From assembly GCA_964016885.1 (NCBI GenBank), contig OZ024742.1:232810001-232874000 (forward strand): 64,000 nucleotides of DNA. Reading direction: 5' to 3'. Below are positions 46,356 to 61,300 of this stretch, in pieces. Below the pieces are notes generated by a model. The model did not search any database. It was given only the letters and a program-made list of their open reading frames with translations, and was not told where the DNA came from. Position 1 is the stretch's first letter, and every line of letters begins with the position of its first letter. Position numbers and translations under genes: made by a program. Origin of the DNA: Eledone cirrhosa. Taxonomy: Eukaryota.

Positions 46356-49300
46356 GCAGTCAGTGACAGTACACCAATACATAACAGTCATTACACCAGT
46401 CAGTGACAGTACACCAATACATAACAGTCATTACATCAGTCAGTGACAGTACACCAATACATAACAGTCATTACATCAGTCAGTGACAGTACACCAATAC
46501 ATAACAGTCATTACACCAGTGACAGTACAGCAATACATAACAGTCATTACACAGGTGACAGTACACCAATACATAACAGTCATTACATCAGTCAGTGACA
46601 GTACACCAATACATAACAGTCATTACATCAGTCAGTGACAGTACACCAATACATAACAGTCATTACACCAGTGACAGTACACCAATACATAACAGTCATT
46701 ACACCAGTCAGTGACAGTACACCAATACATAACAGTCATTACACCAGTGACAGTACACCAATACATAACAGTCATTACACCAGTCAGTGACAGTACACCA
46801 ATACATAACAGTCATTACACCAGTCAGTGACAGTACACCAATACATAACAGTCATTACATCAGTGACAGTACACCAATACATAACAGTCATTACACCAGT
46901 CAGTGACAGTACACCAATACATAACAGTCATTACATCAGTCAGTGACAGTACACCAATACATAACAGTCATTACACCAGTGACAGTACACCAATACATAA
47001 CAGTCATTACACCAGTCAGTGACAGTACACCAATACATAACAGTCATTACACCAGTGACAGTACACCAATACATAACAGTCATTACACCAGTCAGTGACA
47101 GTACACCAATACATAACAGTCATTACACCAGTCAGTGACAGTACACCAATACATAACAGTCATTAAATCAGTGACAGTACACCAATACATAACAGTCATT
47201 ACACCAGTCAGTGACAGTACACCAATACATAACAGTCATTACATCAGTCAGTGACAGTACACCAATACATAACAGTCATTACAGCAGTGACAGTACACCA
47301 ATACATAACAGTCATTACACCAGTCAGTGACAGTACACCAATACATAACAGTCATTACACCAGTGACAGTACACCAATACATAACAGTCATTACACCAGT
47401 CAGTGACAGTACACCAATACATAACAGTCATTACACCAGTGACAGTACACCAATACATAACAGTCATTACATCAGTCAGTGACAGTACACCAATACATAA
47501 CAGTCATTACACCAGTGACAGTACACCAATACACAACAGTCATTACATCAGTCAGTGAGAGTACACCAATATGTAACAGTCATTACACCAGTCAGTGACA
47601 GTACACCAATACATAACAGTCATTACACCAGTGACAGTACACCAATACATAACAGTCATTACATCAGTGACAGTACACCAATACATAACAGTCATTACAC
47701 CAGTCAGTGACAGTACACCAATACATGACAGTCATTACACCAGTGACAGTACACCAATACATAACAGTCATTACACCAGTGACAGTACACCAATACATAA
47801 CAGTCATTACACCAGTGACAGTACACCAATACATAACAGTCATTACACCAGTGACAGTACACCAATACATAACAGTCATTACACCAGTGACAGTACACCA
47901 ATACATAACAGTCATTACATCAGTCAGTCAGAGTACACCAATACATAACAGTCATTACACCAGTCAGTGACAGTACACCAATACATAACAGTCATTACAC
48001 CAGTCAGTGAGAGTACACCAATACATAACAGTCATTACACCAGTCAGTGACAGTACACCAATACATAACAGTCATTACACCAGTCAGTGAGAGTACACCA
48101 ATACATAACAGTCTTTACACCAGTCAGTGAGAGTACACCAATACATAACAGTCATTACACCAGTCAGTGAGAGTACACCAATACATAACAGTCATTACAC
48201 CAGTGAGAGTACACCAATACATAACAGTCATTACACCAGTCAGTGAGAGTACACCAATACATAACAGTCATTACACCAGTCAGTGAGAGTACACCAATAC
48301 ATAACAGTCATTACACCAGTGAGAGTACACCAATACATAACAGTCATTACACCAGTCAGTGAGAGTACACCAATACATAACAGTCATTACACCACTCAGT
48401 GAGAGTACACGAATACATAACAGTCATTACACCAGTCAGTGACAGTACACCAATACATAACAGTCATTGCATTAGTCAGTGGGAGTACACCAATACATAA
48501 CAGTCATTACACCAGTCAGTGACAGTACACCAATACATAACAGTCATTACATCAGTAAGTGAGAGTACACCAATACATAACAGTCATTACACCAGTCAGT
48601 GACAGTACACCAATACATAACAGTCATTACACCAGTCAGTGAGAGTACACCAATACATAACAGTCATTACACCAGTGACAGTACACCAATACATAACAGT
48701 CATTACACCAGTCAGTGAGAGTACACCAATACATAACAGACATTACACCAGTGAGAGGACACCAATACATAACAGTCATTACACAAGTCAGTGACAGTAC
48801 ACCAATACATAACAGTCATTACACCAGTGACAGTACACCAATACATAACAGTCATTACATCAGTCAGTGACAGTACACCAATACATAACAGTCATTACAT
48901 TAGTCCGTGACAGTACACCAATACATAACAGTCATTACATCAGTCAGTGAGAGTACACCAATACATAACAGTCATTACACCAGTCAGTGAGAGTACACCA
49001 ATACATAACAGTCATTACACCAGTGAGAGTACACCAATACATAACAGTCATTACACCAGTCAGTGAGAGTACACCAATACATAACAGTCATTACACCAGT
49101 CAGTGAGAGTACACCAATACATAACAGTCATTACACCAGTGAGAGTACACCAATACATAACAGTCATTACACCAGTCAGTGAGAGTACACCAATACATAA
49201 CAGTCATTACACCACTCAGTGAGAGTACACCAATACATAACAGTCATTACACCAGTCAGTGACAGTACACCAATACATAACAGTCATTGCATTAGTCAGT

Positions 49301-52300
49301 GGGAGTACACCAATACATAACAGTCATTACACCAGTCAGTGACAGTACACCAATACATAACAGTCATTACATCAGTAAGTGAGAGTACACCAATACATAA
49401 CAGTCATTACACCAGTCAGTGACAGTACACCAATACATAACAGTCATTACACCAGTCAGTGAGAGTACACCAATACATAACAGTCATTACACCAGTGACA
49501 GTACACCAATACATAACAGTCATTACACCAGTCAGTGAGAGTACACCAATACATAACAGACATTACACCAGTGAGAGGACACCAATACATAACAGTCATT
49601 ACACCAGTCAGTGACAGTACACCAATACATAACAGTCATTACACCAGTGACAGTACACCAATACATAACAGTCATTACATCAGTCAGTGACAGTACACCA
49701 ATACATAACAGTCATTACATCAGTCAGTGAGAGTACACCAATACATAACAGTCATTACATCAGTCAGTGAGAGTACACCAATACATAACAGTCATTACAC
49801 CAATGACAGTACACCAATACATAACAGTCATTACATCAGTCAGTGACAGTACACCAATACATAACAGTCATTACACCAGTTAGTGAGAGTACACCAACAC
49901 ATAACAGTCATTACACCAGTGACAGTACACCAATATATCATAGTCATTACACCAGTCAGTGACAGTACACCAATACATAACCGTCTTTACACCAGTCAGT
50001 GACAGTACACCTATACATAACAGTCATTACACCAGTGACAGTACACCAATACATAACAGTCATTACACCAGTTAGAGACAGTACACCAATACATAACCGT
50101 CTTTACACCAGTCAGTGACAGTACACCAATACATAACAGTCATTACACCAGTCAGTGACAGTACACCAATACATAACAGTCTTTACACCAGTGAGAGTAC
50201 ACCAATACATAACAGTCATTACACCAGTCAGTGACAGTACACCAATACATAACAGTCTTTACACCAGTGACAGTACACCAATACATAACAGTCATTACAC
50301 CAGTCAGTGACAGTACACCAATACATAACAGTCTTTACACCAGTGACAGTACACCAATACATAACAGTCATTACACCAGTCAGTGACAGTACACCAATAC
50401 ATAACAGTCTTTACACCAGTCAGTGACAGTACACCAATACATAACCGTCTTTACACCAGTCAGTGACAGTACACCAATACATAACAGTCATTACATCAGT
50501 CAGTGAGAGTACACCAATACATAACAGTCATTACACCAGTGACAGTACACCGATACATAACAGCCATTACATCAGTCAGTGACAGTACACCAATACATAA
50601 CAGTCATTACATCAGTTAGTGAGAGTACACCAATACATAACAGTCATTACACCAGTGACAGTACACCAATACATAACAGTCATTACATTAGTCAGTGACA
50701 GTACACCAATACATAACAGTCATTATATCAGTAAGTGAGAGTACACCAATACATAACAGTCATTACATCAGTCAGTGAGAGTACACCAATACATAACAGT
50801 CATTACATCAGTTAGTGAGAGTACACCAATACATAACAGTCATTACACCAGTCAGTGAGAGTACACCAATACATAACAGTCATTACACCAGTGACAGTAC
50901 ACCAATACATAACAGTCATTACATTAGTCAGTGACAGTACACCAATACATAACAGTCATTACACCAGTGACAGTACACCAATACATAACAGTCATTACAC
51001 CAGTCAGTGAGAGTACACCAATACATAACAGTCATTACACCAGTGACAGTACACCAATACATAACAGTCATTACATCAGTCAGTGACAGTACACCAATAC
51101 ATAACAGTCATTACACCAGTCAGTGACAGTACACCAATACATAACAGTCATTACATCAGTCAGTGACAGTACACCAATACATAACAGTCATTACACCAGT
51201 GACAGTACACCAATACATAACAGTCATTACACCAGTCAGTGACAGTACACCAATACATAACAGTCATTACACCAGTGACAGTACACCAATACATAACAAT
51301 CATTACACCAGTCAGTGACAGTACACCAATACATAACGGTCATTACACCAGTTCGTGACAGTACACTAATACATAACAGTCATTACACCAGCCAGTGACA
51401 GTACTCCAATATATAACAGTCATTACATCAGTCAGTGACAGTACACCAATATATAACAGTCATTACACCAGTCAGTGACAGTACACCATTACATAACAGT
51501 CATTACATCAGTCAGTGACAGTACACCAATATATAACAGTCATTACACCAGTCAGTGAGAGTACACCAATACATAACAGTCATTACACTAGTGACAGTAC
51601 ACCAACACATAACAGTCATGACACCAGTCAGTGACAGTACACCAGTATATAACAATCATTACACCAGTGACAGTACACCAATACATAACAGTCATTACAC
51701 CAGTGACAGTACACCAATACATAACAGTCATTACATTAGTCCGTGACAGTACACCAATACATAACAGTCATTACACCAGTGACAGTACACCAATAAATAA
51801 CAGTCATTACATCAGTCAGTGAGAGTACACCAATACATAACAGTCATTACACCAGTCAGTGACAGTACACAAAATCATAAGTCATTACATCAGTCAGTGA
51901 CAGTACACCAATACATAACAGTCATTACATCAGTCAGTGACAGTACACCAATACATAACAGTCATTGCATCGGTCAGTGAGAGTACACCAATACATAACA
52001 GTCATTACATCAGTCAGTGAGAGTACACCAATACATAACAGTCATTACACCAGTCAGTGACAGTACACCAATACATAACAGTCATTACATCAGTCAGTGA
52101 GAGTACACCAATACATAACAGTCCTTACACCAGTGACAGTACACCAATACATAACAGTCATTACACCAGTGACAGTACACCAATACATAACAGTCATTAC
52201 ATCAGTCAGTGACAGTACACCAATACATAACAGTCATTACACCAGTGACAGTACACCAATACATAACAGTCATTACACCAGTGACAGTACACCAATACAT

Positions 52301-55300
52301 AACAGTCATTACACCAGTCAGTGACAGTACACCAATACATAACAGTCATTACATCAGTCAGTGAGAGTACACCAATACATAACAGTCCTTACACCAGTGA
52401 CAGTACACCAATACATAACAGTCATTACACCAGTTAGTGACAGTACACCAATACATAACAGTCATTACACCAGTCAGTGACAGTACACCAATACATAACA
52501 GTCATTACATCAGTCAGTGAGAGTACAGCAATACATAACAGTCCTTACACCAGTGACAGTACACCAATACATAACAGCTATTACATCAGTCAGTGACAGT
52601 ACACCAATACATAACAGTCATTACATCAGTCAGTGACAGTACACCAATACATAACAGTCATTACACCAGTGACAGTACACCAATACATAACAGTCATTAT
52701 AACAGTCAGTGACAGTTCACCAATACATAATAGTCATTACACCAGTCAGTGAGAGTACACCAATACATAACAGTCATTACACCAGTGACAGGACACCAAT
52801 ACATAACAGTCATTACACCAGTCAGTGAGAGTACACCAATACATAACAGTCATTACACCAGTGACAGTACACCAATACATAACAGTCATTACACCAGTCA
52901 GTGACAGTACACCAATACATAACAGTCATTACACCAGTTCGTGACAGTACACTAATACATAACAGTCATTACACCAGCCAGTGACAGTACTCCAATATAT
53001 AACAGTCATTACATCAGTCAGTGACATTACAGCAATATATAACAGTCATTACACCAGTCAGTGACAGTACACCAATACATAACAGTTATTACATCAGTCA
53101 GTGACAGTACACCAATATATAACAGTCATTACACCAGTCAGTGACAGTACACCAATATATAACAGTCATTACATCAGTCAGTGACAGTACACCAATATAT
53201 AACAGTCATTACACCAGTTCGTGACAGTACACTAATACATAACAGTCATTACACCAGCCAGTGACAGTACTCCAATATATATCAGTCAGTGACAGTACAC
53301 CAATATATAACAGTCTTTACATCAGTCAGTGACAGTACACCAATATATAACAGTCATTACACCAGTCAGTGACAGTACACCAATATATAACAGTCATTAC
53401 ATCAGTCAGTGACAGTACACCAATATATAACAGTCATTACACCAGTCAGTGACAGTACACCAATACATAACAGTCATTACACCAGTGACAGTACACCAAT
53501 ACATAACAGTCTTTACACCAGTGACAGTACACCAATACATAACAGTCATTACACCAGTGACAGTACACCAATACATAACAGTCATTACACCAGTCAGTGA
53601 CAGTACACCAATACATAACAGTCATTACACAAGTCAGTGACACTACACCAATACATAACAGTCATTACCTCAGTCACTGACAGTACACCAATACATAACA
53701 GTAATTACATCAGTCAGTGACAGTACACCAATACATCACAGTCATTACACCAGTGACAGTACACCAATACATAACAGTCATTACATCAGTCAGTGACAGT
53801 ACACCAATACATAACAGTCATTACATCAGTCAGTGACAGTACACCAATACATAACAGTCATTACACCAGTCAGTGACAGTACACCAATACATAACAGTCA
53901 TTACACCAGTCAGTGACAGTACACCAATACATAACAGTCATTACATCAGTCAGTGACAGTACACCAATACATAACAGTCATTACGTCAGTCAGTGACAGT
54001 ACACCAATACATAACAGTCATTACACCAGTGACAGTACACCAATACATAACAGTCTTTACACCAGTGACAGTACACCAATACATAACAGTCATTACACCA
54101 GTGACAGTACACCAATACATAACAGTCATTACACCAGTCAGTGACAGTACACCAATACATAACAGTCATTACACAAGTCAGTGACACTACACCAATACAT
54201 AACAGTCATTACCTCAGTCACTGAGAGTACACCAATACATAACAGTCATTACATCAGTCAGTGACAGTACACCAATACATCACAGTCATTACACCAGTGA
54301 CAGTACACCAATACATAACAGTCATTACATCAGTCAGTGACAGTACACCAATACATAACAGTCATTACATCAGTCAGTGACAGTACACCAATACATAACA
54401 GTCATTACACCAGTGACAGTACACCAATACATAACAGTCATTACACCAGTGACAGTACACCAATACATAACAGTCATTACACCAGTCAGTGACAGTACAC
54501 CAATACATAACAGTCATTACACCAGTGACAGTACACCAATACATTACAGTCATTACACCAGTGACAGTACACCAATACATAACAGTCATTATAACAGTCA
54601 GTGACAGTACACCAATACATAATAGTCATTACACCAGTCAGTGAGAGTACACCAATACATAACAGTCATTACACCAGTGACAGGACACCAATACATAACA
54701 GTCATTACACCAGTCAGTGAGAGTACACCAATACATAACAGTCATTACACCAGTGACAGTACACCAATACATAACAGTCATTACACCAGTCAGTGACAGT
54801 ACACCAATACATAACAGTCATTACACCAGTTCGTGACAGTACACTAATACATAACAGTCATTACACCAGCCAGTGACAGTACTCCAATATATAACAGTCA
54901 TTACATCAGTCAGTGACAGTACAGCAATATATAACAGTCATTACACCAGTCAGTGACAGTACACCAATACATAACAGTCATTACATCAGTCAGTGACAGT
55001 ACACACATATATAACAGTCATTACACCAGTCAGTGACAGTACACCAATATATAACAGTCATTACATCAGTCAGTGACAGTACACCAATATATAACAGTCA
55101 TTACACCAGTTCGTGACAGTACACTAATACATAACAGTCATTACACCAGCCAGTGACAGTACTCCAATATATATCAGTCAGTGACAGTACACCAATATAT
55201 AACAGTCTTTACATCAGTCAGTGACAGTACACCAATATATAACAGTCATTACACCAGTCAGTGACAGTACACCAATATATAACAGTCATTACATCAGTCA

Positions 55301-58300
55301 GTGACAGTACACCAATATATAACAGTCATTACACCAGTCAGTGACAGTACACCAATACATAACAGTCATTACACCAGTGACAGTACACCAATACATAACA
55401 GTCTTTACACCAGTGACAGTACACCAATATATAACAGTCATTACACCAGTCAGTGACAGTACACCAATACATAACAGTCATTAGACAAGTCAGTGACACT
55501 ACACCAATACATAACAGTCATTACCTCAGTCACTGACAGTACACCAATACATAACAGTCATTACATCAGTCAGTGACAGTACACCAATACATCACAGTCA
55601 TTACACCAGTGACAGTACACCAATACATAACAGTCAATACATCAGTCAGTGACAGTACACCAATACATAACAGTCATTACATCAGTCAGTGACAGTACAC
55701 CAATACATAACAGTCATTACACCAGTCAGTGACAGTACACCAATACATAACAGTCATTACACCAGTCAGTGACAGTACACCAATACATAACAGTCATTAC
55801 ATCAGTCAGTGACAGTACACCAATACATAACAGTCATTACATCAGTCAGTGACAGTACACCAATACATAACAGTCATTACATCAGTCAGTGACAGTACAC
55901 CAATACATAACAGTCATTACATCAGTCAGTGACAGTACACCAATACATAACAGTCATTACACCAGTGACAGTACACCAATACATAACAGTCATTACACCA
56001 GTCAGTGACAGTACACCAATACATAACAGTCATTACACCAGTGACAGTACACCAATACATTACAGTCATTACACCAGTGACAGTACACCAATACATAACA
56101 GTCATTACACCAGTGACAGTACACCAATACATAACAGTCATTACACCAGTGACAGTACACCAATACATAACCGTCATTACATCAGTGACAGTACACCAAT
56201 ACATAACAGTCATTACACCAGCCAGTGACAGTACACCAATACATAACAGTCATTACATCAGTCAGTGACAGTACACCAATACATAACAGTCATTACACCA
56301 GTGACAGTACACCAATACATAACAGTCATTACACCAGTGACAGTACACCAATACATAACAGTCATTACACCAGTGACAGTACACCAATACATAACAGTCA
56401 TTACATCAGTCAGTGACAGTACACCAATACATAACAGTCATTACACCAGTGACAGTACACCAATACATAACAGTCATTACACCAGTCAGTGACAGTACAC
56501 CAATACATCACAGTCATTACACCAGTGACAGTACACCAATACATAACAGTCATTACATCAGTCAGTGACAGTACACCAATACATAACAGTCATTACATCA
56601 GTCAGTGACAGTACACCAATACATAACAGTCATTACATCAGTCAGTGACAGTACACCAATACATAACAGTCATTACATCAGTCAGTGACAGTACACCAAT
56701 ACATAACAGTCATTACATCAGTCAGTGACAGTACACCAATACATAACAGTCATTACACCAGTGACAGTACACCAATACATAACAGTCATTACACCAGTGA
56801 CAGTACACCAATACATAACAGTCATTACACCAGTGACAGTACACCAATACATAACAGTCATTACATCAGTCAGTGACAGTACACCAATACATAACAGTCA
56901 TTACACCAGTGACAGTACACCAATACATAACAGTCATTACACCAGTCAGTGACAGTACACCAATACATAACAGTCATTACACCAGTCAGTGACAGGACAC
57001 CAATACATAACAGTCATTACAGCAGTCAGTGACAGTACACCAATACATAACAGTCATTACACCAGTCAGTGACAGTACACCAATACATAACAGTCATTAC
57101 ATCAGTCAGTGACAGTACACCAATACATAACAGTCATTACATCAGTCAGTGACAGTACACCAATACATAACAGTCATTACACCAGTGACAGTACAGCAAT
57201 ACATAACAGTCATTACACAGGTGACAGTACACCAATACATAACAGTCATTACATCAGTCAGTGACAGTACACCAATACATAACAGTCATTACATCAGTCA
57301 GTGACAGTACACCAATACATAACAGTCATTACACCAGTGACAGTACACCAATACATAACAGTCATTACACCAGTCAGTGACAGTACACCAATACATAACA
57401 GTCATTACACCAGTGACAGTACACCAATACATAACAGTCATTACACCAGTCAGTGACAGTACACCAATACATAACAGTCATTACACCAGTCAGTGACAGT
57501 ACACCAATACATAACAGTCATTACATCAGTGACAGTACACCAATACATAACAGTCATTACACCAGTCAGTGACAGTACACCAATACATAACAGTCATTAC
57601 ATCAGTCAGTGACAGTACACCAATACATAACAGTCATTACACCAGTGACAGTACACCAATACATAACAGTCATTACACCAGTCAGTGACAGTACACCAAT
57701 ACATAACAGTCATTACACCAGTGACAGTACACCAATACATAACAGTCATTACACCAGTCAGTGACAGTACACCAATACATAACAGTCATTACACCAGTCA
57801 GTGACAGTACACCAATACATAACAGTCATTAAATCAGTGACAGTACACCAATACATAACAGTCATTACACCAGTCAGTGACAGTACACCAATACATAACA
57901 GTCATTACATCAGTCAGTGACAGTACACCAATACATAACAGTCATTACAGCAGTGACAGTACACCAATACATAACAGTCATTACACCAGTCAGTGACAGT
58001 ACACCAATACATAACAGTCATTACACCAGTGACAGTACACCAATACATAACAGTCATTACACCAGTCAGTGACAGTACACCAATACATAACAGTCATTAC
58101 ACCAGTGACAGTACACCAATACATAACAGTCATTACATCAGTCAGTGACAGTACACCAATACATAACAGTCATTACACCAGTGACAGTACACCAATACAC
58201 AACAGTCATTACATCAGTCAGTGAGAGTACACCAATATGTAACAGTCATTACACCAGTCAGTGACAGTACACCAATACATAACAGTCATTACACCAGTGA

Positions 58301-61300
58301 CAGTACACCAATACATAACAGTCATTACATCAGTGACAGTACACCAATACATAACAGTCATTACACCAGTCAGTGACAGTACACCAATACATGACAGTCA
58401 TTACACCAGTGACAGTACACCAATACATAACAGTCATTACACCAGTAACAGTACACCAATACATAACAGTCATTACACCAGTGACAGTACACCAATACAT
58501 AACAGTCATTACACCAGTGACAGTACACCAATACATAACAGTCATTACACCAGTGACAGTACACCAATACATAACAGTCATTACATCAGTCAGTCAGAGT
58601 ACACCAATACATAACAGTCATTACACCAGTCAGTGACAGTACACCAATACATAACAGTCATTACACCAGTCAGTGAGAGTACACCAATACATAACAGTCA
58701 TTACACCAGTCAGTGACAGTACACCAATACATAACAGTCATTACACCAGTCAGTGAGAGTACACCAATACATAACAGTCTTTACACCAGTCAGTGAGAGT
58801 ACACCAATACATAACAGTCATTACACCAGTCAGTGAGAGTACACCAATACATAACAGTCATTACACCAGTGAGAGTACACCAATACATAACAGTCATTAC
58901 ACCAGTCAGTGAGAGTACACCAATACATAACAGTCATTACACCAGTCAGTGAGAGTACACCAATACATAACAGTCATTACACCAGTGAGAGTACACCAAT
59001 ACATAACAGTCATTACACCAGTCAGTGAGAGTACACCAATACATAACAGTCATTACACCACTCAGTGAGAGTACACGAATACATAACAGTCATTACACCA
59101 GTCAGTGACAGTACACCAATACATAACAGTCATTGCATTAGTCAGTGGGAGTACACCAATACATAACAGTCATTACACCAGTCAGTGACAGTACACCAAT
59201 ACATAACAGTCATTACATCAGTAAGTGAGAGTACACCAATACATAACAGTCATTACACCAGTCAGTGACAGTACACCAATACATAACAGTCATTACACCA
59301 GTCAGTGAGAGTACACCAATACATAACAGTCATTACACCAGTGACAGTACACCAATACATAACAGTCATTACACCAGTCAGTGAGAGTACACCAATACAT
59401 AACAGACATTACACCAGTGAGAGGACACCAATACATAACAGTCATTACACAAGTCAGTGACAGTACACCAATACATAACAGTCATTACACCAGTGACAGT
59501 ACACCAATACATAACAGTCATTACATCAGTCAGTGACAGTACACCAATACATAACAGTCATTACATTAGTCCGTGACAGTACACCAATACATAACAGTCA
59601 TTACATCAGTCAGTGAGAGTACACCAATACATAACAGTCATTACACCAGTCAGTGAGAGTACACCAATACATAACAGTCATTACACCAGTGAGAGTACAC
59701 CAATACATAACAGTCATTACACCAGTCAGTGAGAGTACACCAATACATAACAGTCATTACACCAGTCAGTGAGAGTACACCAATACATAACAGTCATTAC
59801 ACCAGTGAGAGTACACCAATACATAACAGTCATTACACCAGTCAGTGAGAGTACACCAATACATAACAGTCATTACACCACTCAGTGAGAGTACACCAAT
59901 ACATAACAGTCATTACACCAGTCAGTGACAGTACACCAATACATAACAGTCATTGCATTAGTCAGTGGGAGTACACCAATACATAACAGTCATTACACCA
60001 GTCAGTGACAGTACACCAATACATAACAGTCATTACATCAGTAAGTGAGAGTACACCAATACATAACAGTCATTACACCAGTCAGTGACAGTACACCAAT
60101 ACATAACAGTCATTACACCAGTCAGTGAGAGTACACCAATACATAACAGTCATTACACCAGTGACAGTACACCAATACATAACAGTCATTACACCAGTCA
60201 GTGAGAGTACACCAATACATAACAGACATTACACCAGTGAGAGGACACCAATACATAACAGTCATTACACCAGTCAGTGACAGTACACCAATACATAACA
60301 GTCATTACACCAGTGACAGTACACCAATACATAACAGTCATTACATCAGTCAGTGACAGTACACCAATACATAACAGTCATTACATCAGTCAGTGAGAGT
60401 ACACCAATACATAACAGTCATTACATCAGTCAGTGAGAGTACACCAATACATAACAGTCATTACACCAATGACAGTACACCAATACATAACAGTCATTAC
60501 ATCAGTCAGTGACAGTACACCAATACATAACAGTCATTACACCAGTTAGTGAGAGTACACCAACACATAACAGTCATTACACCAGTGACAGTACACCAAT
60601 ATATCATAGTCATTACACCAGTCAGTGACAGTACACCAATACATAACCGTCTTTACACCAGTCAGTGACAGTACACCTATACATAACAGTCATTACACCA
60701 GTGACAGTACACCAATACATAACAGTCATTACACCAGTTAGAGACAGTACACCAATACATAACCGTCTTTACACCAGTCAGTGACAGTACACCAATACAT
60801 AACAGTCATTACACCAGTCAGTGACAGTACACCAATACATAACAGTCTTTACACCAGTGAGAGTACACCAATACATAACAGTCATTACACCAGTCAGTGA
60901 CAGTACACCAATACATAACAGTCTTTACACCAGTGACAGTACACCAATACATAACAGTCATTACACCAGTCAGTGACAGTACACCAATACATAACAGTCT
61001 TTACACCAGTGACAGTACACCAATACATAACAGTCATTACACCAGTCAGTGACAGTACACCAATACATAACAGTCTTTACACCAGTCAGTGACAGTACAC
61101 CAATACATAACCGTCTTTACACCAGTCAGTGACAGTACACCAATACATAACAGTCATTACATCAGTCAGTGAGAGTACACCAATACATAACAGTCATTAC
61201 ACCAGTGACAGTACACCGATACATAACAGCCATTACATCAGTCAGTGACAGTACACCAATACATAACAGTCATTACATCAGTTAGTGAGAGTACACCAAT

